A stretch of DNA of 63,824 nucleotides, the filler included, from Parasitella parasitica NRRL 2501 (lineage: Eukaryota; Fungi; Mucoromycota): the NCBI GenBank assembly GCA_025201805.1. It is 6 parts of 6 records of this genome, joined end to end, with 100 filler letters (N's around TTAATTAATTAA, not from the genome) between each part and the next. Parts side by side here need not be neighbours in the genome. Positions count along the whole stretch, not along the records: positions 1 to 3,280 come from MU619515.1; positions 3,381 to 9,094 come from MU619346.1; positions 9,195 to 26,802 come from MU619339.1; 3 more parts are not named here. One strand, written 5' to 3'. Both the position numbers and the translations under genes were made by a program. Shown here piece by piece: positions 1 through 12,661 of the stretch (position 1 is the first letter of the stretch; each line of letters opens with the position of its first letter). The notes beneath the pieces are model-generated. The model was not told the origin of the DNA. It made no database searches and was given only the letters and a program-made list of their open reading frames with translations.

Positions 1-724
1 TTTTTTTTTTTTTTTTTTACATGTGGTTTTATTCAGTTTCAGCAATTATTTGATCGGTAATTCATATTTATTATGCTGTCGTGATAATTGTAAATTTAAT
101 AAGGCAAATATATGTATCAGTTAAAAGATGAGGTTTATTTAATTTGACATAAGATCTACTATTTATATTGTTTTGAATTGAGCGTCAAAACTAATGTACG
201 ACAATGCCAGTTAGCATTGAGATGGGTAGCTAGGATATTGTAGCTATTGAAATTTGTTTGTTGTGTAAGGTTATCAGGGATCTACGGCCTTATTAGATAA
301 TCAGGGCCAGAGTACTAAGAGAAGATATGCAGAAGTTTATTTCAAATAAGGAGGCTATGATTTAATAAGGGAAAGGTGGAGAAAGATAAGAAGATTGCTA
401 GGGATATTTAATAAGGGAATTCGATGAGGAGATCTGACGAATAAAACTCTTCTTTGCTGGTCAAAATGGCCTCTATTTATACTTTTTTGCGAGCTGTCTA
501 GTTCACTGAAATGTGAACTAGACTATTTACTGTGGATGAGTAAGGCAAGAATGACAGTGTGAATCAGAGAGGCAAGAATGCAATGTGGATTGATTAGGGA
601 AGAACGAGGTGATATATATTTTTAGATCAAGATGTATAATTGTTTCGGCTTGAAGGCTCGACAGGTTCATGACAAAGGTATTCATATGGTTATTACCGCG
701 GATTAGGACTGTCTGCTGTTTCTC

Positions 725-1899
725 TTATTTATCCTCTTCATCATCAAAGTGCGCTCTTTTACTAACTATTTCTATTGCATCTGCATCTAAGCCGTATTTT
801 CTCTTGATATTCAAAGGCAAGTCAGCACCAAAAAAAAAAAAAAAAAAAGTAGAGATTGCTTGAGTCCTCGACTCTAGACATTGTGACATATAATTGGCCG
901 TGTATAAGCATATTATCTAGATGAATTCTAACGCAATCAATAGTCATGCTTTGTGATTTATGAATTGTTGATGCAAATGCTGGTATAATAGGAAACTGGG
1001 TCCTGACATAGCTCGTGCCAGGTACTTGGCGAGAGATACGCTGTACCCAGTATAGTATTTCATCTTCATCATCTACGCCTCCGGTTTTTCTCAAACAAAT
1101 ATTGCTGTCGTCGATATCGGCTACAGTAGCCACGGTTCCATTTACCCAACCTTGCGATACATTCAAATTTTGGATAACCATGACGGGCATATCAATTTTC
1201 AGGTAGAGGGTGGCAGCTAATTTTGTTTCCTTTAAGGCTGCTCGCGCAGTTCCTTCCGTAGTACCAGAAAAACTATCAATTGCTTCAATCCTGTGTCCTT
1301 CACCTGGAAAACCAGCATAATATTTTTCATTTGTCTTCCTAATCAGCTCAAGAGTGGTATATAGTCGTAGACAGGTCATGGTGGGCAAGCATCTTTTCAA
1401 ACCAGTATGATCATTTATAAATTTGATAACTGATCTGTCAAATTTAGCTATCCTGACTTTGTTGAGAATTTCAATGAAATCTTCGTCTTGCTGTCTAACA
1501 GGCTTTATTAGGTGAAATCGACAAACAGAATTAACTATTTTTGTATTCCATATTGTGCCTTCATTTTTTTGAATTGGCAGCAATTGAGCTATATCGCCGA
1601 AAAAAACTGTCTTGACACCACCCATGATTGTTGTTCTCTGCGTAGTTTTTATAAGGGCTTCGTTTATCATATCTAACATTTCTGCACTAAGCATAGAGTA
1701 CTCATCTATCAGTAGAAGTAGCTTTGGATATAACTTGACGTATTCATCTAAAATTTGAAAATTGGGAACCGATGATTGATTTGTCATACCAAAAAAAGCG
1801 ATGAAGTGTTTGTCCTAAAATTTTGTGTGCAGCCACACCTGTCGGTGCCATTTTAAAAACCTGGCATTTAAAGTATTAGTTGAGAGCATCCAAGAAGAA
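725..1899 (-). pseudogene. PIF1-family helicase, C-terminal half of a Helitron/Helentron RepHel (truncated at Walker A, frameshifted)
   Basis: ORF 822-1787 has IDEYSML, FGDIAQLLPI, VRQQDEDF, QFPIIPAFASTIHKSQ and HGQLYVTMSRV. Upstream, another frame reads FKMAPTGVAAHKILGQTLHRFF (motif Ia). An in-frame stop at about 1876 and homopolymer frameshifts (A-runs near 1791-1797 and 830-848) are present; the true C-terminus GADLPLNIKRKYG...DK* ends at 725. Confidence 0.88.
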
Positions 1900-1915
1900 G
1901 TTAGGATTGCTACCT

Positions 1916-2437
1916 TCATGATCTTATGGTCATTTTAGCAAAAGTTATTAGCAAATATCTGATATTTATGATAAATATTGAAAAATAAAACTGTTTTCGC
2001 ACATAACTTTTGATAAACACATCGCCCAAAGGGAATCAAGTAATGCTCAGATAGCGATGATCATGCCTGATTTGATGGCGCATAAGACAGGCTTTGATTT
2101 GCTCTTTATCGCAGCCTATCAGCGATTATATGCAATTTGGATATGTAAATTTGTGATGTCATCGCATAACTTTATAGATATCGATGAAAACATGGATACC
2201 AACGTTGTTGCCAGATAGCGCCAAGTCAATGCCACGTTTTCCAACTTAGATCATGGCCTTATGGTCATTTTAACAAAAGTTATTAGCAAATATCTGATAT
2301 TTATTAGAAATATTGAAAAATAAAACTGTTTTTGCACATAACTTTTGATAGAGACATTGCCCAGTGGACTCCAAGTTATGCTCATATAGCGATAATCATG
2401 CCTGATTTGATGGCGCATAAGACAGGCTTTGATTTAG
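1916..2437 (+). repeat. ~335-bp unit tandem repeat (about 1.5 units)
   Basis: TTATGGTCATTTTA..AAAAGTTATTAGCAAATATCTGATATT...GGCGCATAAGACAGGCTTTGATTT occurs at about 1924-2100 and about 2259-2435. An inverted copy lies at 55413-55758. Confidence 0.9.
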
Positions 2438-2962
2438 TTCTATAGTTGTTGACTCCTAAAAAGTTAAATAGTTGACGAAGGTGCTCGACTTTTCCACTCG
2501 TTTTGTATCCGTGGTATTAGTATTTTTAATTAACGAGTCTTTTTCTCATTTTTCTTCATCAAAAACCAATATTTTTGGATGAAACAAAGACCGGCCAACT
2601 CAGAAGCACTTTCGGAGTTCCAAATTGGGTCGAAAACTATTTAAACTCCGCTTTAAATATTAAGTCTCGAAATATTATACTTAATGTTTGTGACAAAAAT
2701 ATGTTAGTTATAAATTTATTCACAATATGTTTATTGGTTGTAAAAAGCAAGGAGATAATATTCAATTGACATATTTTACCTCGTAATAATACGTAGTTGA
2801 AATCTGTCAAGTCGAAAATAAAAAAATATTAAAGTTTCATGCGAGAAGTTGCATCTAACTTATTGAAGACTAAACTTTGCCTATATGCTATATATGTTTT
2901 GACAGCTGCATGAATTTTTTGTAGCACATTAAGAATACTAGTTTTTTGCAAGTAAAACTATT

Positions 2963-3173
2963 TGTTATATCAATAACATGGCAAAGTCTCACATCAGGAT
3001 CTCAGATCAGTCCCAGGGTCTTACAGTAAATCATGGGTAGTCATGATTTACATTATGCAGCTAGACAGTAGAACCCTAGTGTAATGAATGTGTATATAAT
3101 ACATCGAGAGATGTATTATGAATAAAGGTGTAATTCTTTGGCAGATTTATTTTATCAGACTTTTGACATAACA
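2963..3173 (+). mobile_element. solo LTR family A (211 bp)
   Basis: Termini TGTTATATCAA...TTGACATAACA with a perfect 5-bp TSD CTATT (2958-2962 / 3174-3178). Further copies at 5099, 12662 and 55171. Confidence 0.88.
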
Positions 3174-3280
3174 CTATTCTTGATAAGATTCATGATGTAT
3201 TATCAAGGTTATAGAGTCGGTTGCCAAAAAATTTGCGAAGGTTAGGGACTTGAAACAGGTGATTGGAAGAAAGGATAAGG

Positions 3281-3380
3281 NNNNNNNNNNNNNNNNNNNN
3301 NNNNNNNNNNNNNNNNNNNNNNNNTTAATTAATTAANNNNNNNNNNNNNNNNNNNNNNNNNNNNNNNNNNNNNNNNNNNN
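3281..3380. other. assembly gap with artificial six-frame-stop linker
   Basis: N-run containing TTAATTAATTAA. The same design occurs at 9095-9194, 26803-26902, 55759-55858 and 58655-58754; a plain N gap lies at 6123-6517. Confidence 0.97.
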
Positions 3381-3769
3381 AAAAAACCAAAGGTTAACGA
3401 GATACGAAAACTAAAGATACTTTATTTAAGATCGAAATTGCATCTGCTATTTATACTTTTTACATCTACATAAATTTATGGTGACTTATTTAGATTACTA
3501 ATTGACAAGACTAATTCACAATGACAATCTACTTGACAGGGTACGATATGAGGTTATACAGCAAGGGCTACATGTCTTTGATCTGACAGAGCCTTAACCT
3601 TTATCCTGGTGCTCAGATCTGTGTTACTTACAGGAATAACCTTCTTGATTTGAAACAGAGACTTTATTCTCCAATTTACACAAGCGTATCACATCACATC
3701 ATTGGACAATCTTCACTCTTCAATTGAAGTACATTGTCATGATCTCCTGTCTATAATTATGGCAGATCA
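3381..3769. mobile_element. LTR family B copy (left part lost in gap)
   Basis: Similar to 12095-12467 (AACGAGATACGAAAAC...CTATTTATACTTTTTAC...ATTATGGCAGATCA end). Confidence 0.8.
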
Positions 3770-4556
3770 AATTGTAGCTTCTTTTTCATTATAAAGAAAA
3801 AGCTTGCAGTATAGCTTGGTAAGAAGAAATGGTACGCTGCTACATATTTTATGTATTGCTATTATTATGGTGTATGTATTTGAGTTTATTCTAACAAACT
3901 ATTAATCCTTTTGTCAATAATATATAGAGGCTCTACTCAGTATAATCTTTCATATGAGAGCATGGTATTGCTATGTGCATTAAATTGTTTGTAGCAACTA
4001 AATGATTGACTACTTTTACTGCTGAATTTAGACAATAGCTAAAGATGATGATATTTATGAAAATTGTTTTTGCATTATACATCGTTTGGGTGTCAATGTC
4101 ACGGTAGTTTTGAGTACTGTTTGGCTTGCTTCTTTTGCTTTATTAATATACACTAAAATTAGATTTCTTCTATTATTTAGGCATGCTACAGGTATAATTT
4201 TTTGCCCAGTATCTGAACATATACGATAATATGAGAGGTTTGTTGCTCATTTTTGCCCTGGATTCTAGAAGTTATGAAGCTAAACCTTGCTACTTTTTTT
4301 CAAGATGCTGCCTCCTTGCTTCTTTTTTTGAGTATTATATATGATCTAGTGTATCATCTCTTTTCACAGTTAATGTAGGTGGTTATTTGTTATTGTCGTC
4401 AACAAAATTTATTATACTCATGCACTTTTCTTGTATATAGCAAATACCTCAGCGGCTGCTTCAATTTCAAATCGGGTAATAGCTAACCTTGCACTGTTTT
4501 CCATCATTGCCTGTGTGAACCAAAGGCTACATAATCAAGACAATATTGTATGTAAC

Positions 4557-4660
4557 TGTGAAATTCATTCACCATGATGATCTGCATTCCACTGCTAGAT
4601 TCATCCTGTTACCTTAAATTGATATAAACTACATATGCGCACAGATAATAAGATGTGCAA
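4557..4660 (+). repeat. repeat family D fragment (LTR-like, starts TG)
   Basis: TGTGAAATTCATTCACCATGATGATCTGCATTCCAC...ACATATGCGCAC matches 54281-54390. Confidence 0.65.
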
Positions 4661-5098
4661 TACAGATTTATACTATATAAGATATAAGCTAGAGACGGCA
4701 CCATTAAGATGGAAGACGCTATAGACTGATACTTATATCTCGACACGAGCCTTAGACATTTACTAGATTTAGTATATGCTACGAGCTTATGCTATATAAG
4801 ATCTATGCTTCAGATGCGTATTCCCAGTTTCTAGATACGCACTACAAGAAGACATATACTTATATCCATGATACTAGCTACAGATACATCATGTATTATA
4901 GACTTGTACAATATGTGCAATGCTATAGATATGCTTATGACATGCTATAGACATGCTACATATACCAATATATGCTAAGATGAATACCAAGTAGTGATAA
5001 ACACTCAGACATCTACTATTAATATAGACTGGATAAGACAATACAGAACAAGAAATGATATACGCTTATGGATCGATATTAATAATCTTCGCATAGAA

Positions 5099-5309
5099 TG
5101 TTATGTCAAAAGTCTGATAAAATAAATCTGCCAAAGAATTACATTTTCATTCATAATACATCTCTCGATGTATTATATACACATTAATTACACTAGGGTT
5201 TTACTGTTTAGCTGCATAATGTAAATCATGACTACCTATGATTTACTGTAAGACCCTGGGACTGATCTGAGATCCTGATGTGAGAACTTGCCATTTTATT
5301 GATATAACA
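5099..5309 (-). mobile_element. LTR family A copy, no TSD
   Basis: Reverse complement of 2963-3173. Flanks TAGAA/CTCCA differ. It abuts the truncated LINE. Confidence 0.85.
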
Positions 5310-7439
5310 CTCCACTTCGTCTGCCTGTCCATTTGCGACTACCTCCTCCTCCTTGGCGTCTTTTCTGGTCCCTGGATCTACCTGCCCAGGCGTTCACACC
5401 TTGGTGGCGAATGTTACATGATCGTGTGGCTCATCGATCTTGGTGCCATCGTGTAGCTCCAGCTAAAGTTCCTTTTTCTCTTTGTGCTTTGTGTGGTCTT
5501 ATGTTCCAGAAGACCTGTTCCATTTTGTTGTTGGCTGCCCACTCAAAGCCCGGTATTGGCGAGATGTTGTATCCTTGCTGTCCCCGCAGGATCTCCTCCC
5601 CAATACCATGTCTATCTGGCAAGCTCTGACTAGTTTCTGCTCTCAAGATTTGTCAATGCTCGATGAAGAGGTTCTGGTGGCTCTTGGTACTGCGTACAGT
5701 ACACTTTGGAAATATCATTGGCGATGTGTCATAGACACGGAGCCCTGGATTGCTTCGGCATGTTTAAACATTTTTTTTTGTATAAAAAGTGTATCTTTAT
5801 TAATCTTTCAGTATGAATTATGTATTAAGTATAGACAGGGTCAAGGGGTCAGCTTGGACACCTGTAGGAGACAAAAGAGAAGAAATGAAAGAACTATGAT
5901 CGTGTTTGAAAATATTAATAGCAACAGAAGGTATCCAAGGTTCCATGTCTATGACACTTCGCCAGTGATATTTCCAGAGCGTTGTAAACCCAGCACCAAG
6001 TGCAACCAGCAAATCCTCATCTAATTCTGCCATATTTAAGGAACAAAAAGATGTTAAAGCAGTCCAGATAGCAAGGCTAGAGGGAAACAAATCCTGCAAA
6101 GACAACAAGGATACAACTTCTCNNNNNNNNNNNNNNNNNNNNNNNNNNNNNNNNNNNNNNNNNNNNNNNNNNNNNNNNNNNNNNNNNNNNNNNNNNNNNN
6201 NNNNNNNNNNNNNNNNNNNNNNNNNNNNNNNNNNNNNNNNNNNNNNNNNNNNNNNNNNNNNNNNNNNNNNNNNNNNNNNNNNNNNNNNNNNNNNNNNNNN
6301 NNNNNNNNNNNNNNNNNNNNNNNNNNNNNNNNNNNNNNNNNNNNNNNNNNNNNNNNNNNNNNNNNNNNNNNNNNNNNNNNNNNNNNNNNNNNNNNNNNNN
6401 NNNNNNNNNNNNNNNNNNNNNNNNNNNNNNNNNNNNNNNNNNNNNNNNNNNNNNNNNNNNNNNNNNNNNNNNNNNNNNNNNNNNNNNNNNNNNNNNNNNN
6501 NNNNNNNNNNNNNNNNNAAGAGGAACAGACGAACGAGACGAGTTTGACACTTTCCAGTGGGAACAATCAGGCATCCAAGCCGAAGCGACAGCAGACCGAG
6601 GTGTGACGTAATACATGTCAGGAGACAAAACAAGACTAGACTCAATAACATCAGGTAAACTAAGAGTAGGAGGTCCACTTGAAGTCAAACGAATAGCCAT
6701 ATCCACACGGCGCAAAGTAGGCGATAACCCATCCAGGCGAGTTACACAATCGACCATGCCAAGAACAGGTTGCCAAGTACTGATATCGGATAAAAGGTAC
6801 CGAGGAGCAATAGACGCAGGATTGAATGAGGTAGAATTGGAAGACACAAGAGAGAGAATACAACACAACGGAAAATCAAGATACCAACGTGAAGACCATG
6901 CTGGAGCAGGCAGCAACTTTGGTAATTTCAGTAGAAGTTTGCTTAATTGATAAAGGACAGGAACAGAAGATAAACGATATTTGAGCTTTTCAGGAAAACA
7001 AAACCAGGGCAAGACAGACTTGTGGCCAGTGTATACTTGGAAGGCATAAACCAACCAAGCATTGACAAAATTGGCCGAGGAGGGTGGACGCAACAAACGT
7101 TGCAAATAGACAAGATGCAGAGCTAGGCTCTGATCTGCTATATCCACCAAACCAACACCACCAAACTTGCGAGGAAGACACAACGTCGACCAAGCAACAC
7201 CAGGACGAAACGACACCAAATACTCCCGAACTACTTTCTTGAGAGCCATCACCCACGACTCAGTAGCAGGGCCACCCGGCATGTTTAAACATGGTTCGTC
7301 AGGATCATGGCTTACTACTTTCTTCTCTTTCGTCTTTGACAAGTGCTCAAGCTGGCATCTTGACCTTGCCTTTACCTAATCTATAGTTTCCTTATGAAAT
7401 TTAATAAAAGATACACTTTAATACAAAAAAAAAAAAAAT
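5310..7439 (+). mobile_element. 5'-truncated L1/Tx1-like LINE (outer copy), zf-RVT C-terminus, split by the inner LINE
   Basis: PWWRMLHDRVAHRSWCHR..CALCG..EDLFHFVVGC..YWRDV..LWKYHWRCVID. The frame resumes after the TSD at 7293 (MVRQDHG...NL*). The 3' end is AATAAAAGATACACTTTTAATAC followed by poly(A). Confidence 0.88.
5772..7276 (-). mobile_element. 5'-truncated L1/Tx1-like LINE (inner copy, related family)
   Basis: VAWSTLCLPRKFGGVGLVDI (post-RT motif) and LWKYHWRSVID. Poly(A) tail at about 5772-5779. Flanked by the duplication CGGCATGTTTAAACAT (5756-5771 / 7277-7292). Confidence 0.9.
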
Positions 7440-7928
7440 ATGAGCTTAACGGTTGCAGCTGTATTTAGGACGTGAAGGCTGGATGGTGTGGTTAAAGTGC
7501 TATATTTTAGATATGCGTGGAGTTTGTCTTAGAGAGGGCTCACTGCTCATAAGTGGGGTCCTGTAATCCAATCATAACCTCTAGTTTACAGGTTATTGGG
7601 TTTAAATGTGGTTTTAAGCCAATAAAATTGAGCAATTAATTCTAAACGACCAATGAAAATGCTCAAAACGAGGTTATTGGGTTTCAAATAGTTCAATTAA
7701 TATCATATCTCCTGGATCACAAAATACAACATCAATCGTCAATTGTGATGCGCTGTCCCAAAACCCATGAAGCGAGGGGCACACAAAGTGTATAAAATAA
7801 GCGTTGGTTTGGTTTATTGCTGTCTCACTTGGAAAGATTCAAAATATATACAAATTTTGGATACAACGCTTAAATTTATAAATTTACGAAAGCTTTACTT
7901 TGGAAAACATCTTTAAAATCTTTTTACA

Positions 7929-9094
7929 ATGACAAAATCTACAGGCAAAGGTCGTGGCCGTCTTGCAGGCTCTAAAAATAAACCAAAAAAAGATGCATCG
8001 CAAAAAAGAATGGATGCGGCATTCATTCCAAAAAAGTCAACTCAAGAAGAAATTTACTCTGGAAACTCCAATTCTACTAACTTTTCAAGTATTAGTGAAT
8101 CTACGTTTTCTCCAGAGGTAGGTGAACATTGCGTAGACAATCAAAAAGTGTCAAACCTCTCATACATTCCAATAAAGAAAAATTCAACTGCAAGTAATGG
8201 AGATTTCTTGCCCTCAAGAAGCCAAGAAGAAAATGGCGCCTTTGAACCTCTGGACTACGAGGAGAGTGATGATAACCAAGAGGACGATGATGATCTTTAC
8301 ATTGATCGTGCCTCTATTGAAAGAGAAGAAGAAGAATTTATTGCTATTGTTGAAGGTAGTCCTGTTGATGAACTGACTAAAACAATTCTTGAAAGACTTG
8401 GAAGATCTGCCAACCGTGGCGAACCTCCATCAGAATATACAGTTGGCAGGACCTTCTGGGTGTCCAGTGCATGTCCAAGTTTTGCTCTGCAAGGGAATCA
8501 AGCACCGAAACCTAAGGATCTATATACACCTAGAATGTTTTTGCGGTTTCCACAATATTTGACGGGCAATGGAAAAAAGCTACTTTGTAGTGTACCTAAA
8601 TGCAACGGACATCTCAATGTGAAAGGCTTTACACCTAAAGCTCGTCGAGTGATTGACATTAAAGAGTAATTATATTTATGCTATGCTAGCTATAACATTA
8701 ACGCATTAATCGTATTTACACTGTATTTTCTAGCTCTTTTTACATGCTGACATCTCGTTTCGTTTGCTCCAAATCTGCCCAGCATAACTTTACTGGTTAT
8801 GACAATAATATCATTCGCCAGTTGCCTCTTCGAGTGCAAAATGATTTTCCGGCTCTGCTTACATTGAAGTCTGGTCTATCTTCCTCTTTAGTCGATTTAA
8901 TACGTCCATTGATGCAAAACTCTGTTGGTCCTGGAAGAATACATAAGATTCTAAGAGAACTCCATCGCCTACGATATGACAATCTTCAATTTCAATATCT
9001 CGATGCTGCCCTTGAGTACAAAAACTCGTCTTCTGGTTTAATAACATATAAGGCAGCTGATTTTTCAGAATTTGAAGATTCAAAGGGATACTCT
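7929..9094 (+). CDS. DUF6729-like transposon-associated protein, 3' truncated by gap (intron about 8666-8733)
   Basis: N-terminal AT-hook-like KGRGR..GSKNKPK, then an acidic linker, then C..C..L..KG...RRVID..FY.LT.RF.C...F.GYD..I..QLP....FPALLT.KSG...GP..I..ILRE.H. Family assignment is from recalled motif pattern only. Confidence 0.6.
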
Positions 9095-9572
9095 NNNNNN
9101 NNNNNNNNNNNNNNNNNNNNNNNNNNNNNNNNNNNNNNTTAATTAATTAANNNNNNNNNNNNNNNNNNNNNNNNNNNNNNNNNNNNNNNNNNNNTATTTA
9201 CAGCTGTTTTGGGGAGACCAAAATTTGTTAATAAAAACTTAGCATTGCGAACCGAGTCTTCGACTCGATCCCGAACTTATAAATTGACACCAATTGACAC
9301 ATCTCTACCTTTTCTTTTTTTCCCCATTTTTGATAACCTCAACAAAGCTACCAACAGTTGTTCTGGTAAATTCATAACCCTAACGATTGTTGTTCATAAC
9401 TAATTGTATAATAAAGTTGGTTCATTTAAAACTTCAAAACTACAATCCTACTTTACACAAGACTCTTGACCCTTAAATTATTCGTGCCTGTTAACAGAAA
9501 ATAGGTGTTAGGCAATAGTTCCCAAATCACTTAAATACCTTCCCTATTTTCCTCCTGAACTGTCAAATCAAG

Positions 9573-9791
9573 ATGCCAAAATTTGACATTCCCTCATTCA
9601 ACTCTAAAGATGACCCAGAGCTCTGGATCTACCGGTATGACAAGGCGGCTATGATGAATGAGTGGACCGATCAAACTAAGCTCAATTACGTTGACAACTG
9701 CTTTGATGAATTTTTGCAGCTATGGTTTATGAACAAGAACTTCTTGACTTGGGTAGAGTTTGAAGTGAACAAGACTAGATTCCCATCATAA
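9573..9791 (+). pseudogene. Ty3/gypsy gag N-terminal fragment
   Basis: IPSFNSKDDPELWIYRYDKAAMMNEWTDQTKL...W..F resembles retrotransposon capsid. It is preceded by an LTR-like segment ending ..TGTTAACA at about 9496. Confidence 0.65.
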
Positions 9792-11724
9792 AATATGGTC
9801 ATCTTCCGAACAATAGAAGCTATGACTACGAAGATAAACAAATATAGCAGGGATAGAAACTGACATATTATGTCAAAATAGCATGTTGTGCCACAAACTA
9901 AAGCCTGAAAAGGAACCATTCATCAAACAATGAAAGCTTCCTAATCGCATGAATAAGAATTATGTTTCAAATGCCGTCCTTGATCCATCGTTATTAGATC
10001 AACAACGTCAATAAACAACTCAATAATATTCACACTCACGTAAGATTAGAATAGCTATGATATAGAATTATCCTGTTGACCTGATGAATGACCATCTCTA
10101 ATCAACCAAAGTAGTATAATAGTATACTACTAAGCCAGAACGGCTGATTAGAATTCAAAACACAAAATATAAAGAATAATGATGGAACCGTTAAGAAATA
10201 ACGAAACGATTGTCTGCTAGTAAGACGACACCCAAATAATATAAAAAATAGAGATGTAAAATAACAGCTTATTGCACATTCAACCTACTTTCAAAATAAA
10301 GAAGGATTTTAATCGTACCTTGCTTTTTTACACTTTTTTACTGCGTTTCGCTGCAGCGTGCTCAATCAAAGGCTTTGGAGGTATATCTGGTAACTATACC
10401 ATAATAAATCGGCATAGAACCATCTCTCTTTTCAGGAATTAGTATAATAAATAGATCAGCATCTCCATATTTTGAATGCAATACCAATAAAGACCACAAC
10501 ACATATATACATCATTACCGTAATATTTTCAAAATGATACTGCTGCTGCTGTATAATATCGCAGATTTCTCAATTTCGCTAATTTTTTTTGAGCAGTATA
10601 GAGGCAAAAGAGAAACAAGCAAAATGTCAATTATAATACACACCATTCGAATGCTACAATGCATTTAAAATTGGCTGTCATCATTAAAAGTCTAAAGAAG
10701 AACTATGAGACTTGAAATAACCGTTTTTCCCATTTTGTCCTTTTCATCAAGACTTTAGATTGAATAATTTTTCATCCAAGCAACCAATTTTTAAAACATA
10801 AAAGCTATCATATTCCACAACATCGGGTCTATCTTGTCATTTAGTTTTGGTGCACCAGATTATAGTTTTTCCCTTAGTTTTGTCACTAAAAATTGTTTAC
10901 TGTATTGCATGCATTTACTGTTTACGCAAAAATACGGTCACAGGCGTATTAAAAAATTGGCTACACCTCCATTTTTGCTACTTCTCTACTTCTACTACGC
11001 TATTATGTTACTATTATACTCTTATCTTTTATTATCCACGATCCAAACGCGTGCAATTTGTGTTCATTATTGCTGATGGTATTATACGTTATACCTCTTT
11101 GATTCTGGGTTAAGTCGATTTTTTCACCCACGTTTATTAAAAGACCATTACTAACACTCTCATTCGCGTTTTTTATTATAGTACCTTTCACAAGAAAACA
11201 ATAAATAGGCTGGTGTGTTTCTGGTGCAGTGGTTCATACAGGTATTATCATTTATTATATTTTTTTAAGAGCTTTTTTACTAACTGAAAAACCTTTTCTG
11301 CTTTACATTTAGGTTTGGTTCTCTCTTCGTGTCAAGTGGATGGCCTATCACTGAAACTTGACATTAGCTCTTTATCCGGGTCATACAGGAGCATGTAGGC
11401 TGTTTCTACTCATTGACTGTGCTTACCCTAGCAGTTCTTGAGATGGGCCATTTTATCAAAAGCTACGAAGTGTGGTAAGGCACTTTTTGGCTGCTTAGGG
11501 GTGGTATTGCTTGAAATTCTACCAATTTCTATTTTTGGTCGGATTTCAAGCTCCGCCTAACATCAAAACAGGGGGAAACCCTGTTTTTTTGTTTTTAGGA
11601 TTTAGGGGTTGACTTAGCCAAATTAATCGCGCGATTTATAATTTTCCAGCACTTTTTTTTGTGTATTTTCATAAATCATATGAGAAAAATAAAAAATAAA
11701 AGGACAAACACTGAGCGAGAAAAG

Positions 11725-12467
11725 TGTTGAGATCTGCAAGATCTGATGTGTCAATTTATCAACCGGAAGTCAAACCCAAGTAAACTCAATCCTGAACACA
11801 ATCCAGGAACATATCCCAATGGATCATGTTCCTTATTTAGAACTCAACATGACATGTTCATGGACAATAGATACGATCTATCGTTCCATTCTCTAAATCA
11901 CACCATGATGTCTCACACTTGTATCTTATTCTCCCATCAGTCCACTTAGATTCACTAGTATATAAACCATTATTTTTTCCATGTAATAAACGAGATCTTT
12001 ACCTGATTAATTCACAACCGTTTTATTTGAATAATTTCTCATTCTGATAAATCAAGATCGAAATAAGAAAAGTATGATATAAAACGTTGAATTAACGAGA
12101 TACGAAAACTTGAGATTACTATTAAAGATTCAATTCTGCATCTTCTGCTATTTATACTTTTTACAACTACATGAATTTTTGGTGACTTATTTAAAATACT
12201 AGTCGATACTAATCGATAATAATAATTTGCTTGCAAGCAACATCATCATATCCTTAGCAGGGTACGATGTATTATTATACTACAACGCTATTGATCTTTG
12301 ATCTGACAATACCTTATTGTTTGTCAATCATACAGATAACCTTCCTGATTTGAAACAAAGACTTTATTCTCCTGTTTCGACAAGTATAACAACACATCAT
12401 TGGACAATCTCCAATCTTTAATTGAAGTACACTATCAAGATCTCCTATCCTACATTATGACAGATCA
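11725..12467. mobile_element. solo LTR family B (~427 bp net) containing nested LTR C
   Basis: TG...CA termini with 5-bp TSD AAAAG (11720-11724 / 12468-12472). TATA-like TATAAATAG on the minus strand. Confidence 0.82.
11744..12054 (+). mobile_element. solo LTR family C (311 bp)
   Basis: TGATGTGTCAA...CTGATAAATCA with 5-bp TSD AGATC (11739-11743 / 12055-12059). Internal TATATAAA and AATAAA. Confidence 0.88.
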
Positions 12468-12597
12468 AAAAGACTTTCCACTTTGTTTAAATATAAACAA
12501 TTAGTAAGGTTTGTACTCTAATTGAAACGTATAGCTGGTCCGCAAAGAACATATAATATACTTTGGATCCATCATTTATGTACTAATACTTTCATTT

Positions 12598-12661
12598 TGA
12601 TGTGTCAATTTCCCAACCGGAGGTTAAACTCAAGTAAACTCAATCCAGAACACAATGCAGG
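12598..12661 (+). mobile_element. LTR family C 5' fragment, cut by LTR A
   Basis: TGATGTGTCAATTT..CAACCGGA...CACAAT matches the start of 11744. Confidence 0.8.

Noticed and set aside
1916-2437. CRISPR-like array
   Set aside because: Units are about 335 bp with no short repeat/unique spacer pattern; eukaryotic context.
3325-3336. Recurrent palindrome TTAATTAATTAA inside N-runs (5 times)
   Set aside because: Artificial contig linker with stops in all frames, not biological.
6077-7342. 421-aa ORF as a single gene
   Set aside because: Chimeric: its first ~22 codons are antisense of the outer LINE and it runs through an N gap.
9800-11700. Degraded coding-like sequence (also 3800-4500, 12900-13900, 54780-55165)
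   Set aside because: Probably old TE debris, but no motif could be assigned with confidence.
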